NCBI GenBank assembly: GCA_903861255.1
Contig: CAIOTO010000025.1
Span: 1-38,735 of the forward strand
DNA length: 38,735 bases
Source: an uncultured Alphaproteobacteria bacterium
GTDB lineage: Bacteria; Pseudomonadota; Alphaproteobacteria; Paracaedibacterales; CAIOTO01
Reading direction: 5' to 3'
A program made the position numbers and the translations under genes. The stretch's first letter is position 1, and each line of letters starts with the position of its first letter. Below are positions 24,585 through 34,111 of the stretch, one piece after another. The notes under the pieces are model-generated. The model saw only the letters and a program-made list of their open reading frames with translations. It was not told the origin of the DNA and did no database searches.

Positions 24585-25952
24585 CTATTCCTTTTTTCCA
24601 ACAATTAAAAAAGTCAATTGGTCGTCTTTAAGCAAACGTTTTGCGACTCGTTTTACGTCATCTGTCGTTAACTTGTTAAAAAGAGATTCACGTTCACGTA
24701 TATAACTTTTTGGTAATCCCTCGTTTTGGTAAGACAGTAATACGCTGACAATATCTGATGTTTTTGTAAAGGAAAGAGGATAGGATTCATTTAGAAACTG
24801 CTTTTGCAAGGTAAGTTCTTCTTGAGTTATGCCATTTTCTGCTACGTTTTTCCATTGTTCACGGATTAATTTAATGACATCTTGGACGGATGTTGTTTTG
24901 GTGCCTGTCGCGCCAATAATGCCGTGTTGTAATTTTTGAGAAAAAATGCCTAACGAAATGTAGTAGGCAAGGCCTCGTTTTTCCCGAACTTCTTTCCATA
25001 ACCGCGATTCAAAAGCACTGCCGCCAAGAGCTTGTATTAACAGATACGCCGCATAAAAATCAGGATCATTTCGTGCAATACCGGGATGCGCGAACATAAT
25101 GGTTGCTTGCGGAACATTCATTTCCTTATGAATAATTTTGCCTGCATTTTGCAGTTTTTCATTTGACGTTTGTGTTACTTTTTTTCCTTTGGGGAGAGCA
25201 GCTATAAGATCTTCTAAACAATTCTTAAGTATAGATTCCGATATATTTCCTGCTGCAGAAATTAGTAAGTTCTCTTGTGTTATATGTTGACTAAGATGTG
25301 TTTCAAGATCTTTTTTTGTAAATTTTGATAGAGCTGCTAGTTGCTTCTCCGTATTTTTAGAGTAAGCATGATCCTCGCCCAAGATAGAATTAATGAGCAT
25401 TTCTTTGGCAATAGCTTCAGGTTTATGGAGAGATTGCATTAATACGGCAGCCATTTGCTTTTGTGTTCGTGTGTGTGCCTCATTTGGAAAATTCGGAGTA
25501 GTGAGTGCCAATTTAATGAGCTGAAAAGCTTCTGTTATGTTTGCTGATGTTGTTTTGAAAATAACAGTGATATTGTCCTGATTTGAAGACATATTGAACT
25601 GTACGTTTTTCTCAATGAGCTTCTTTTTGAAGGATTGGCTGTCATATGGACCTGCACCTTCGTCTACCATTGCAATTAAAAAGCTGCTTAAACCTGGCTT
25701 GTCTTTGGGATCAGATTGACTGCCTGCATACTGAAAGCAAAGACCGATTGTTATAATATCAAGTTCTGGATCGGTTGCAAACCAGACAACCTGACCGTCT
25801 TTAAGTGTAAAGTCTTTTACGTCAATAGGCGGTTTTGATGCCTGTGTCGCTTTTTTTGGCATTGGGCAATATGCTTGTGAGGCCATTAGATGATTCTCCG
25901 TTGTAAAAAAAATGCACCCTATGTATAAAGCGCCTCTCAGCCAATTTTTCAT
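24585..25952 (-). CDS. M16 family peptidase homolog lacking the HxxEH motif (non-catalytic partner)
   Basis: 455 aa. The equivalent position reads 'SFLIAMVDEG', so H, E and H are all replaced. M16 C-terminal-like regions are present. Confidence 0.8.
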   Translation of the reverse strand: MKNWLRGALYIGCIFFTTENHLMASQAYCPMPKKATQASKPPIDVKDFTLKDGQVVWFATDPELDIITIGLCFQYAGSQSDPKDKPGLSSFLIAMVDEGAGPYDSQSFKKKLIEKNVQFNMSSNQDNITVIFKTTSANITEAFQLIKLALTTPNFPNEAHTRTQKQMAAVLMQSLHKPEAIAKEMLINSILGEDHAYSKNTEKQLAALSKFTKKDLETHLSQHITQENLLISAAGNISESILKNCLEDLIAALPKGKKVTQTSNEKLQNAGKIIHKEMNVPQATIMFAHPGIARNDPDFYAAYLLIQALGGSAFESRLWKEVREKRGLAYYISLGIFSQKLQHGIIGATGTKTTSVQDVIKLIREQWKNVAENGITQEELTLQKQFLNESYPLSFTKTSDIVSVLLSYQNEGLPKSYIRERESLFNKLTTDDVKRVAKRLLKDDQLTFLIVGKKE

Positions 25953-25960
25953 GAAGAACT

Positions 25961-26473
25961 CTACTCCGTCTTTACGTTAGCAGCAGGTAAAAGATCTTTT
26001 TCTGGCTTAGCTGTATCGTTTGACGTGTTTTTCGCGTTTTTAGCAATTTCTTCTCCCATTTTTGCTAATTTATTTGGGATTGAATCTGAGTCACTCGATA
26101 AGGTTTCTTTTTCTTGAGTAACTGTCTTGCGAATTTCAGGGTCAGCTTTTTGAACTTCAGATGCTTTTTCAACAACAACTTTCCCACTACTTGTCGCTGT
26201 ATTTTTCGTTTTTTCTGCGCGACCTAGTAAAGCTTCTTTCGCTTTCTTTGTTGTGTTTTCATCGTCTGCTTTTTTCTTTTCTGTATTTGCAGATGAGTCA
26301 GCTGCAGGCGGTGCTAAATTATAGTTTGGCGGCATGCTAAGTGGCGGATTATCACTTACATTAAACTCATCAGCCTGATAATGATCGAGGCCAAATGTGT
26401 TTCTAAATGTATCACAGCCTGTCAATGTTATGGCCATTGAGCCTACTAGGATCGCGGTAACGTTTTTATTCAT
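25961..26473 (-). CDS. DUF3035 lipoprotein (BamF-like)
   Basis: 170 aa with lipobox 'ITLTGC'. The conserved 'ADEFNVSDNPPLSMPPNYNLAPP' segment is typical of alphaproteobacterial DUF3035. The C-terminal tail is low-complexity and Lys/Glu-rich. Confidence 0.65.
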   Translation of the reverse strand: MNKNVTAILVGSMAITLTGCDTFRNTFGLDHYQADEFNVSDNPPLSMPPNYNLAPPAADSSANTEKKKADDENTTKKAKEALLGRAEKTKNTATSSGKVVVEKASEVQKADPEIRKTVTQEKETLSSDSDSIPNKLAKMGEEIAKNAKNTSNDTAKPEKDLLPAANVKTE

Positions 26474-26484
26474 AAAATACTCTA

Positions 26485-27003
26485 CTATCGTGTTATCTTT
26501 TTGGTGGATTTCTTAAAAGAATGCCATGTTTGTGTGCCTAATACAAGAGCAACACCAATAACAATGGCTGAATCTGCTATGTTAAATGATGGCCAGTAAT
26601 ATTTTTTAATATGAAACTGTAGGAAATCGACAACGCCGCCATATAGGAAACGATCCATTATGTTTCCAAGCGCACCGCCAATAATGAGGCTGTATGAAAT
26701 GTGCTCCAGGCGATCATTAGTTTGAGCAATGATGTAGCATAACCAAATGCAAAGACTTAGCGCGATTAGAATTAAAATCCAGAATCCTAGCATGCCATTC
26801 GATTGAAACATGCCAAAACTTACGCCTGTGTTGAAAATCAAAACAAAATTAAAAAATGAGAAAATATGAACAACCTGATTTTTGACAAGCGTATATAAGA
26901 CGACGAGTTTTGTGAGTTGATCACACGCGAGTGTTCCAATGATAATTGGGAGTGTAAATTTTATTTTAGAAAGAGTGTTATTGATTATTTTATTTTTTTT
27001 CAT
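26485..27003 (-). CDS. lspA: lipoprotein signal peptidase (signal peptidase II)
   Basis: 172 aa with four hydrophobic spans and the motifs 'NTGVSFG', 'GGALGNIMDR' and 'FNIADSAI'. Confidence 0.9.
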   Translation of the reverse strand: MKKNKIINNTLSKIKFTLPIIIGTLACDQLTKLVVLYTLVKNQVVHIFSFFNFVLIFNTGVSFGMFQSNGMLGFWILILIALSLCIWLCYIIAQTNDRLEHISYSLIIGGALGNIMDRFLYGGVVDFLQFHIKKYYWPSFNIADSAIVIGVALVLGTQTWHSFKKSTKKITR

Positions 27004-27020
27004 GATTTGATTCCAATATT

Positions 27021-27105
27021 GTCATCCTCGCGCAGGCGGCGATCCAGGACTATTCTTGGGCTTTTAATTGGATTTTTTCTGGATTCCCGCCTGCGCGGGA
27101 ATGAC
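27021..27105. repeat. MITE-like double-hairpin element, family B (copy B2)
   Basis: Left arm 'gtcatcctcgcgcaggcggcgatccag', then a spacer, then right arm 'ctggattcccgcctgcgcgggaatgac'. It lies between the accA stop and the lspA start and creates the spurious ORF 27064..27279. Confidence 0.85.
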
Positions 27106-27127
27106 AAAAAAGGACGCTAACAAAACC

Positions 27128-28078
27128 CTACAATCCTTTTTTACCCATGTTAATGAATTTATCACGACGATCCTTGCGTAGCTGATCACCACTAATTGCC
27201 ATGAGTGGTACAAGCGCACCTTCGATTGTTTCTTTAACCTGGCGCAGAATGGCTGCTTTATGGCGATGCGCGCCGCCAACAGGCTCTGGAATAATTTTAT
27301 CGATTATACCTAATTGAATTAAATCTTGCGCTGTTAGCTTTTGTGCTTCAGCAGCTTCGGATGCTTTCGTCGAGCTCCGCCACAGAATGGACGCGCAGCC
27401 TTCAGGTGATATGACGGAATAAATAGCATGTTCAAGCATTAAAATGGTATTGCCAGCAGCAATAGCAATTGCACCACCAGAACCACCTTCGCCAATAATA
27501 ACAGTAAGAAGTGGGACTTTAATATCGAGGCAAACTTGAATACAACTTGCAATTGCTTCTGCCTGGCCGCGCTCTTCTGCTTCAATGCCAGGAAAGGCGC
27601 CAGCTGTATCGACGAACGTAATAACGGGAAGATTAAACCGATCAGCAAGGCGCATGAGTCGCTGTGCCTTGCGGTAACCTTCGGGCTTTGGCATACCAAA
27701 GTTATGTTTGACGCGGGATTCTGTATCGTGGCCTTTTTGTTGTCCAATGATCATAACGGAACGTCCAAGTAATTTGCCAAACCCACCGATGATAGCGCAG
27801 TCTTCACCAAATACACGGTCACCAGATAATGGCATAAAATCATCAACCAGCATATCAAGGTAATCAAAGAATTTGGGACGGTCAGGATGACGTGCAACTT
27901 GAACTTTTTGCCAGGGGGTAAGTGTTTGATACGTTTGACGTAGCATGCGATCTGCTTTGTTTTGCAGGCGTGCAACTTCATCAACTATATTAAGGTCACG
28001 CCCAGAGATATGGCGTAATTCTTCTATTTTACCTTCAAGGTCTGCGATTGGTTTTTCAAAATCTAAAAACTTTGTCAT
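27128..28078 (-). CDS. accA: acetyl-CoA carboxylase carboxyltransferase subunit alpha
   Basis: 316 aa with 'LDFEKPIADLEGKIEELR', 'ITFVDTAGAFPG' and 'IGEGGSGGALA'-type 'IGEGGSGGAIAI'. Confidence 0.93.
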   Translation of the reverse strand: MTKFLDFEKPIADLEGKIEELRHISGRDLNIVDEVARLQNKADRMLRQTYQTLTPWQKVQVARHPDRPKFFDYLDMLVDDFMPLSGDRVFGEDCAIIGGFGKLLGRSVMIIGQQKGHDTESRVKHNFGMPKPEGYRKAQRLMRLADRFNLPVITFVDTAGAFPGIEAEERGQAEAIASCIQVCLDIKVPLLTVIIGEGGSGGAIAIAAGNTILMLEHAIYSVISPEGCASILWRSSTKASEAAEAQKLTAQDLIQLGIIDKIIPEPVGGAHRHKAAILRQVKETIEGALVPLMAISGDQLRKDRRDKFINMGKKGL

Positions 28079-28242
28079 GTTTCTTTTTAATGTGATAGGC
28101 CCATCTATTTTCTAGACTGCTTTTGCGAATAAGGCAAGTTTTGTTTTTGAAAATGTGAGATTAAGAGCTTGTAAATCAAGATTATGTATATGTTTTTAGA
28201 TCAATCTAAATTTGGTTTAGGTGATTTTCGTTCTAACTTTTG

Positions 28243-28701
28243 TCATTCGCCTTTTGAGTTTTCTTCCAAAACAAACGCCAAAATATGTTTTTCTGGGGAT
28301 AAGTTAGCTGTGTTAATATTATTTTGAGGTGTATAGATAGGCTTCATTTTACTTGTGTCAATATGTGTGATACCAAAAACGTGATCAATATCAAGGTAGA
28401 GTGTTTCATGATCGGACGCTTGATAGACCAACCCAAAAGCACATTCTTCCTTCTTTGTTTTTGGTTCTAGAAAATGAGCCAGGTGCACGACTGGTAAAAG
28501 GTGATTGCGCCATAACCGATAGTGATCAGAATTGTGGCTTGGTGATGCCGCCTCAAGGTTTGTCTGTTGCTCTGTGTGATAATCTTCAAGATTTACAATC
28601 TCGAGCAAACGATCTGTTGGCACGGCAAGATGATATTGATTTGAGCGGATCAGTAATACGTCTTTAGTCATAATAAGACACATTATTGTCAGGGCAAGCA
28701 A
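28243..28701 (-). CDS. hypothetical protein (possible degenerate CheW-like domain)
   Basis: 152 aa; the start may be Met11 (28671). The segment order 'VLLIRSNQYHLAVPTDRLLEIV', 'LWRNHLLPVVHLAHFL', 'GLVYQAS...LDIDHVFGI' loosely parallels CheW. This is weak and from memory only. Confidence 0.35.
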   Translation of the reverse strand: MLALTIMCLIMTKDVLLIRSNQYHLAVPTDRLLEIVNLEDYHTEQQTNLEAASPSHNSDHYRLWRNHLLPVVHLAHFLEPKTKKEECAFGLVYQASDHETLYLDIDHVFGITHIDTSKMKPIYTPQNNINTANLSPEKHILAFVLEENSKGE

Positions 28702-28827
28702 GTATCATTTTGCGTGATGTAAAGCTTTTATTGTAATGTAAAATTAAGTTCATAAACTGTCTTGGTTTTGATAATACTTAATATTACAATGGCATAATAG
28801 TATTAAAATATGATTAATGTCGTTTTC

Positions 28828-29910
28828 TTATTTTTTGAACACATGAATTTGCTCAAACAGAGCTGTCATTGCTTCCTCGGTGCCAACTGATATGCGTAAG
28901 TAATCTGTTAATTTGTACATTGTCATTGGTCGTACAATGATGCCGTTACGCCCGAGGCTATGATAGAATTCTGTGGCACGGTCAGGGAAACAGACAAGTG
29001 TAAAATTTGTGCAACAGGGAATAAAGGATATATTACTTGTGTGTAACACCATATTTAGTTTTTGTCGCCATTCATGCGTGTGAGCGACTGTTTTATCAAC
29101 AAATTCCAAATCATTAAGAGCAGAAATGCCTGCATGTTGTGCTAGCGTTGATGTGTTGAATGGGGCGCGTATGCGATTAACAGCATCAATGACTGTATCT
29201 GCTGCATGCATCCACCCTAGTCTGATACCAGCCAATCCATATGCTTTTGAAAAAGAACGCGCAACGACAACATTGGGGTGTATTTCGATAAATTCATGCC
29301 CTGCTGTGTAAGACTCAGAAACATTCATGTATTCAGCATAGGCTGCATCAAGAACAATCATAATTGAAGATGGTAGCGTCTGAATGAGTGTTGTGAGTGC
29401 TTCGTAGTCCAGAAAGTTTCCAATAGGGTTGCCTGGATGATCAAGATATATCATGCGTGTTTTAGGGGTAACGGCAGAAAGGATTGATGAAACAGATAGT
29501 GTTTTATGTTCGCCTTCTCGCTCGATAAAGACTGGTACGGCAGAGACACTTAACACAGCAATATTATATACGCTAAAACCGTAGCGAGGAATGAGTACTT
29601 CATCTGCTGGTGACAGGTAGGTACGTGCTAATAGATGCAGTAATTCTTCACTGCCACACCCACAAACAATATTCTGAAAGGGAACATTGAATGTTTCGGA
29701 TATTTTGTGGCGTAATTTAATGGCGTTTCCGTCCGGGTAGGTGTGTGTACTAGATTTTACATATGCAGTAATTGCATTATGCACGGCAGGACTGGCACCA
29801 AAAGGATTTTCGTTTGACGCTAAATTATGGCGGAAAACAAAGTCTGCCGGCACAACATTGCCGGCAACATAGGGCGATATTTGATAAATAGATGCGTGTG
29901 GTGATTTCAT
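28828..29910 (-). CDS. hisC: histidinol-phosphate aminotransferase
   Basis: 360 aa with the PLP-lysine motif 'RSFSKAYGLAGIRLGW' and 'LASNENPFG' near the N-terminus. Confidence 0.9.
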   Translation of the reverse strand: MKSPHASIYQISPYVAGNVVPADFVFRHNLASNENPFGASPAVHNAITAYVKSSTHTYPDGNAIKLRHKISETFNVPFQNIVCGCGSEELLHLLARTYLSPADEVLIPRYGFSVYNIAVLSVSAVPVFIEREGEHKTLSVSSILSAVTPKTRMIYLDHPGNPIGNFLDYEALTTLIQTLPSSIMIVLDAAYAEYMNVSESYTAGHEFIEIHPNVVVARSFSKAYGLAGIRLGWMHAADTVIDAVNRIRAPFNTSTLAQHAGISALNDLEFVDKTVAHTHEWRQKLNMVLHTSNISFIPCCTNFTLVCFPDRATEFYHSLGRNGIIVRPMTMYKLTDYLRISVGTEEAMTALFEQIHVFKK

Positions 29911-30980
29911 TACTTGCTTTTTCTATTGATGATCCAATAAATTGCTTCATTTGCATCACGTTTTCCATCAGGTAATGGCGTTTCATCGCGGTCATCATCA
30001 GAAACAATAAAGTATTCATTGTTTCCTAAATAAGCTAAGCCTTCTGGTTTGTGGTTTTTAAAGGACACTTCATCGACAGATTCAAGTGGCTTATTATTAA
30101 ATAAGTCAGCCAAACGGGTTCGTAGCAATTTTCCTGAAAAAGATTTTCCTTTTTCGAAAGCAAGGAGAACATATAGGAATTTATCTTCTGGGTTGTATTC
30201 AAGACTTGAAATGCCAAAATCTTTTGTATGCTCGCGGTTGTAAATTATTTTCCAATCAGTCCCTAAGGCAATTTTACCATCTTTTTCAGTAATGCTTGCA
30301 GCTAGTATCTTTGTTGCTGCTTGGTTCTCGCCGCCTTTATAGCTTTTTCCATCTTCACGAACCCCAAGAAGAAGCATGAATTCTGTTTCAGAGCCTGGCT
30401 TTGGTACAATAGCTGACGCTTCAATTTTAAAATAATCAACACCATTTGGTGTAGAGGTGCTGATGACTTTTTTAAAAACATCATAAAGTTCAGGACCTGC
30501 GACAACATGGAATTCACTTGCCTTTTGCGTCTGTTCATTAAATTTTAGAGCGATGATTTTCGTAAACAATGGATCTATATTTCGATCGTATGACCCGAAC
30601 ATAATGATCCAGTCTTTAAAAATAGATGTTGATTCTATTTTTTTTATTTGATAATCAGGCTCTAGTTTGATTTTAAATGCTGGTGAGATTTTTCGTTGGT
30701 AACTTTGTTGTATGAGAGAGTTAATTTTATAAAATAGAATTTCATCCTTGGCTTTATCATTTGCTATAATAATATATTCACCAAAGCGAGCAGCACTGGA
30801 TAACTCACAGGTTTTTTTAGTATCTTTTTTTTCGTTCTCACTAAAACAGGAAAGCGTACCACTGTGGGTGATGTGTGTTTTTTGTTTTGTCGATATATTT
30901 TCTTTAACAAACCATAAGAGAAATAAAAAACCTAGTGATAAAATAGCGTAATTGAGGATTGATAATTTCTTGTTTTTCAT
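29910..30980 (-). CDS. hypothetical exported protein (possible beta-propeller; DUF3616/phytase-like C-terminal motif)
   Basis: 356 aa with an N-terminal transmembrane or signal segment 'LSILNYAILSLGFLFLLWF'. 'HKPEGLAYLGNNEYFIVSDDDRDE' resembles the EG(I/L)A...(V/I)sDdd blade motif. The gene is AT-rich, and its TAA overlaps the hisC ATG (TAATG). Confidence 0.5.
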   Translation of the reverse strand: MKNKKLSILNYAILSLGFLFLLWFVKENISTKQKTHITHSGTLSCFSENEKKDTKKTCELSSAARFGEYIIIANDKAKDEILFYKINSLIQQSYQRKISPAFKIKLEPDYQIKKIESTSIFKDWIIMFGSYDRNIDPLFTKIIALKFNEQTQKASEFHVVAGPELYDVFKKVISTSTPNGVDYFKIEASAIVPKPGSETEFMLLLGVREDGKSYKGGENQAATKILAASITEKDGKIALGTDWKIIYNREHTKDFGISSLEYNPEDKFLYVLLAFEKGKSFSGKLLRTRLADLFNNKPLESVDEVSFKNHKPEGLAYLGNNEYFIVSDDDRDETPLPDGKRDANEAIYWIINRKSK

Positions 30981-31083
30981 TGAAGAAGAGCTCCTAGTTA
31001 GTTTGAGATGGTATTAAATTAATTTAATTAAAGCAGATTTTATGTTAAAAGTGTTTAAAAAAAATGCAATAGAAATCGGGCAT

Positions 31084-31119
31084 AAAAAAACATCCCTGTT
31101 CTTTCGAGCAAGGATGTTT
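31084..31119 (-). terminator. rho-independent terminator of secA
   Basis: The minus strand reads 'aaacatcc ttgctcgaaagaacag ggatgttt' followed by 'tttt'. It starts about 25 nt after the TAA. Confidence 0.65.
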
Positions 31120-31144
31120 CATTTTTTAATCTTAATGTGCTGAT

Positions 31145-33886
31145 TTAACCTTCAACAGCGCCATGGCAGTGCTTGTATTTCTTGCCTGAACCACACGGAC
31201 AATCTGCATTGCGTAGTACACGTCCCCATGTCGCTGGATTGGTAGGATCTATCTCAGTCTTTGTTGTATTCGCGTTTAGTGTGAGTAGATTTTCATTTTG
31301 TTCATCTGATTTATTTTCATCAAACTCATTTATCCAATTTGGCATTTGTTCAATCATTGAATCAAAATCTAAGGTAGGTGCCAATGCATTTTCCACACTT
31401 AAACCTTCAGGTAGAGATAATTCAAAATGTGAGAGTGCTGAAATGAGTTCTGCTTTCACGCGTCCCATCATAAATAAGAAAAGGTTGTATGCTTCGCGTT
31501 TGTATTCATTTAAAGGATTTCCTTGTGCATAGGCACGAAGATTTATACCTTGGCGTAAATGATCCAATGACAACAAGTGATCTTTCCATGCTTGGTCGAG
31601 GATGCGCAGCAGTAATGTGCGTTCTGACATGCGAATCATAGATGCGCCAAAATGTTCTTCTTTGCCTTTTAAAAGTTCAATATGGAGGGCATTAATTCTC
31701 TTTTTTACATCGAGCGCGCAAATGCCATCATCATCTATCCATGCTTGAAAATCAATATTGAGAGCAAATAATCGGATGCATTCTGCATGGAGTCCTTGTA
31801 TATCCCACTGCTCTGGCAATGAATTGTCAGGGATATGCGCGTCAACACAATCGTGAATTATTTCTTCACGCATGTCGGTAATCATTTCTGAAATATCATC
31901 TGCATTCATCAAGTCACGACGTTGTTCGTAAATGATTTTACGTTGATCATTCATAACGTCATCATAGCGAAGAAGGTGCTTACGGATATCAAAGTTACGT
32001 GCTTCAACTTTTTGCTGTGCGCGTTCAAGAGCTTTGTTAATCCACTGGTGTGAAATAGCTTCGCCTTCTTCAACGCCAAGCTTACGTAACATGACGTCAA
32101 GTTTCTGAGAACCAAAAATTCGCATGAGATCATCTTCGAGCGAAATATAGAAACGTGAAGCGCCTGCGTCACCTTGACGGCCTGAACGTCCACGGAGCTG
32201 GTTGTCAATACGACGACTTTCATGACGTTCTGTACCAATTACAAATAACCCGCCAGCTTCTTTAACACGGAGTTGATCTGCAGCAACATCTCGTTTGATT
32301 TCTTCAATCAAGCGATCACGATCTGCGCCTTCAGGAACTTCTGCAAGTTCACGTTCAACACGCATTTCAACGTTTCCACCTAGTTTGATATCGGTACCAC
32401 GGCCTGCCATGTTTGTTGCAATTGTGACAGCGCCGGAACGACCTGCATCGGCAATGATGTATGCTTCTTGTTCATGATAGCGTGCATTAAGTACTTGGTG
32501 AGGAACCTTGGCTGCTTTCAAAAAGGCAGAGATAAATTCTGATTTTTCAATGCTTGTTGTTCCCACAAGAACTGGTTGTTTGCGTTCATAACATTCACAA
32601 ATTTGCTTTAGTACAGCATCATATTTTTCCTTTGCCGTTAGGAAAATTTCATCATCGTGGTCAATACGGGCGATTGGCACATTTGTTGGAACATCAACAG
32701 GGCAAAGATTGTAAATTTCCTCAAACTCAACAGCTTCTGTTAATGCTGTGCCGGTCATGCCGGCCATCTTTGGATAAAGTCTGAAAAAGTTCTGATAGGT
32801 AACCGATGCTAATGTCTGGTTTTCCATTTCAACGGTAACACCTTCTTTAGCCTCAAGTGCTTGGTGCAGGCCGTCTGAAAATCGGCGGCCATCCATCATA
32901 CGGCCCGTAAATTCGTCAATGATGATTACTTTATCGTCTTTTACAATGTAGTCGACATCACGTGCAAATAATTTGTGTGCTTTAAGCGCTGCGTTTACGT
33001 GATGAACAACAGCGATATTTTGTACATCATAGAGGCTGGTGCCTTTAATCATATTTTTTTGGATAAGCAGTTTTTCTATTTTCTCGACACCCGTTTCCGT
33101 TAGGGTGACAGATCTTTGCTTTTCATCTTTTTCGAAATCTTCATCGATCAAAACAGTGATCAGAGCATTAATGCTGTTGTAGCTTTCTGATGAATCTTCT
33201 GCGGAACCAGAAATAATAAGAGGGGTACGTGCTTCGTCAATTAAGATGCTGTCGCATTCGTCGACGATGGCAAAATTGAATGGACGCATAACCATTTCGT
33301 CCATGCGAAATTTCATGTTATCACGCAAATAGTCGAAACCGAATTCGTGATTTGTTCCATATGTAATATCGCGCGCATACATTTCACGACGTTCGGAGTC
33401 ATTAATACCATGTATAATGCAGCCAACGGATAATCCTAGATAGTTATATAAAAGCCCCATCCAGCTTGAGTCACGTTTTGCTAGGTAATCGTTGATGGTT
33501 ACAAGGTGTACACCTTTGCCAGTAATTGCATTAAGGTAAGCGGGAAGCGTTGCAACAAGTGTTTTTCCTTCACCAGTACGCATTTCCGTAATCATACCTT
33601 GGTTTAAAACCATGCCGCCAATAAGTTGAACGTCAAATGGACGCATGCCAAGTACACGCTTGGATGCTTCACGAACAGTTGCAAATGCTTCTGGAAGGAG
33701 CCTTTCAAGTGATTCGCCTTTTTGGTAGCGCTCTTTAAAATCATTTGTTTTTGCTTTGAGTTGCTCATCACTCATTGCTATGAAATCATTTTCTAATTGA
33801 TTTATTTGCTGGGCAATGCGTGTGTATTTTTTTATGATACGATCATTCGCTGAACCAAAAATTTTTTGTACTAACGCTGTAATCAT
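31145..33886 (-). CDS. secA: preprotein translocase ATPase SecA
   Basis: Start placed at '[16 protein letters not shown]', the canonical SecA N-terminus (913 aa). Also present are 'MRTGEGKT' Walker A, DEAD-like '[12 protein letters not shown]', '[10 protein letters not shown]' and the C-terminal zinc motif '[14 protein letters not shown]'. Confidence 0.95.
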   Translation of the reverse strand: MITALVQKIFGSANDRIIKKYTRIAQQINQLENDFIAMSDEQLKAKTNDFKERYQKGESLERLLPEAFATVREASKRVLGMRPFDVQLIGGMVLNQGMITEMRTGEGKTLVATLPAYLNAITGKGVHLVTINDYLAKRDSSWMGLLYNYLGLSVGCIIHGINDSERREMYARDITYGTNHEFGFDYLRDNMKFRMDEMVMRPFNFAIVDECDSILIDEARTPLIISGSAEDSSESYNSINALITVLIDEDFEKDEKQRSVTLTETGVEKIEKLLIQKNMIKGTSLYDVQNIAVVHHVNAALKAHKLFARDVDYIVKDDKVIIIDEFTGRMMDGRRFSDGLHQALEAKEGVTVEMENQTLASVTYQNFFRLYPKMAGMTGTALTEAVEFEEIYNLCPVDVPTNVPIARIDHDDEIFLTAKEKYDAVLKQICECYERKQPVLVGTTSIEKSEFISAFLKAAKVPHQVLNARYHEQEAYIIADAGRSGAVTIATNMAGRGTDIKLGGNVEMRVERELAEVPEGADRDRLIEEIKRDVAADQLRVKEAGGLFVIGTERHESRRIDNQLRGRSGRQGDAGASRFYISLEDDLMRIFGSQKLDVMLRKLGVEEGEAISHQWINKALERAQQKVEARNFDIRKHLLRYDDVMNDQRKIIYEQRRDLMNADDISEMITDMREEIIHDCVDAHIPDNSLPEQWDIQGLHAECIRLFALNIDFQAWIDDDGICALDVKKRINALHIELLKGKEEHFGASMIRMSERTLLLRILDQAWKDHLLSLDHLRQGINLRAYAQGNPLNEYKREAYNLFLFMMGRVKAELISALSHFELSLPEGLSVENALAPTLDFDSMIEQMPNWINEFDENKSDEQNENLLTLNANTTKTEIDPTNPATWGRVLRNADCPCGSGKKYKHCHGAVEG

Positions 33887-34059
33887 AAACAGTAACCTCA
33901 AGCTAAAAGACCCTGTGAGCGTATCCCACAAGGAATAAAATTTATAATATATCCATTTAAAAATGGGGGTAAATATACCTAGTTATCTTTAGGTTAGCCT
34001 AAAAATGTAAAAAATTCTAGTGATTACGCAAATTTAACTCGCAGAAATATGTTTTGAGT

Positions 34060-34068
34060 TGCTATAAT
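34060..34068 (+). promoter_or_regulatory. candidate extended -10 promoter element for the PPIase gene
   Basis: 'TGcTATAAT' sits about 44 nt upstream of the ATG. No good -35 element is present. Confidence 0.35.
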
Positions 34069-34111
34069 CACCACTATAAACATTTCAGACCAGAGAGGAT
34101 ATTGGTCCACA

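Noticed and set aside
27439-27984. Alternative-frame and antisense ORFs inside accA (27439..27747, 27536..27772, 27751..27984). Comparable shadow ORFs lie inside manB (967..1170), the GNAT (3638..3904), znuBC (5001..5914), M50 (6272..6655), dnaA (8251..8436), ctaE (10796..11197), arnD (15517..16039), the porin (18114..18326), the M16 genes (23269..24551), secA (31173..32784), the PPIase (34183..35004) and the 569-aa gene (36402..37697).
   Set aside because: Each lies fully within a longer ORF that has clear family motifs. They have skewed, low-complexity composition and no start signals.
33887-33931. 15-codon N-terminal extension of secA ([15 protein letters not shown]).
   Set aside because: The canonical SecA N-terminus 'M..L..KIFGS.NDR' begins at the internal Met (33886). 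The extension is not SecA-like.
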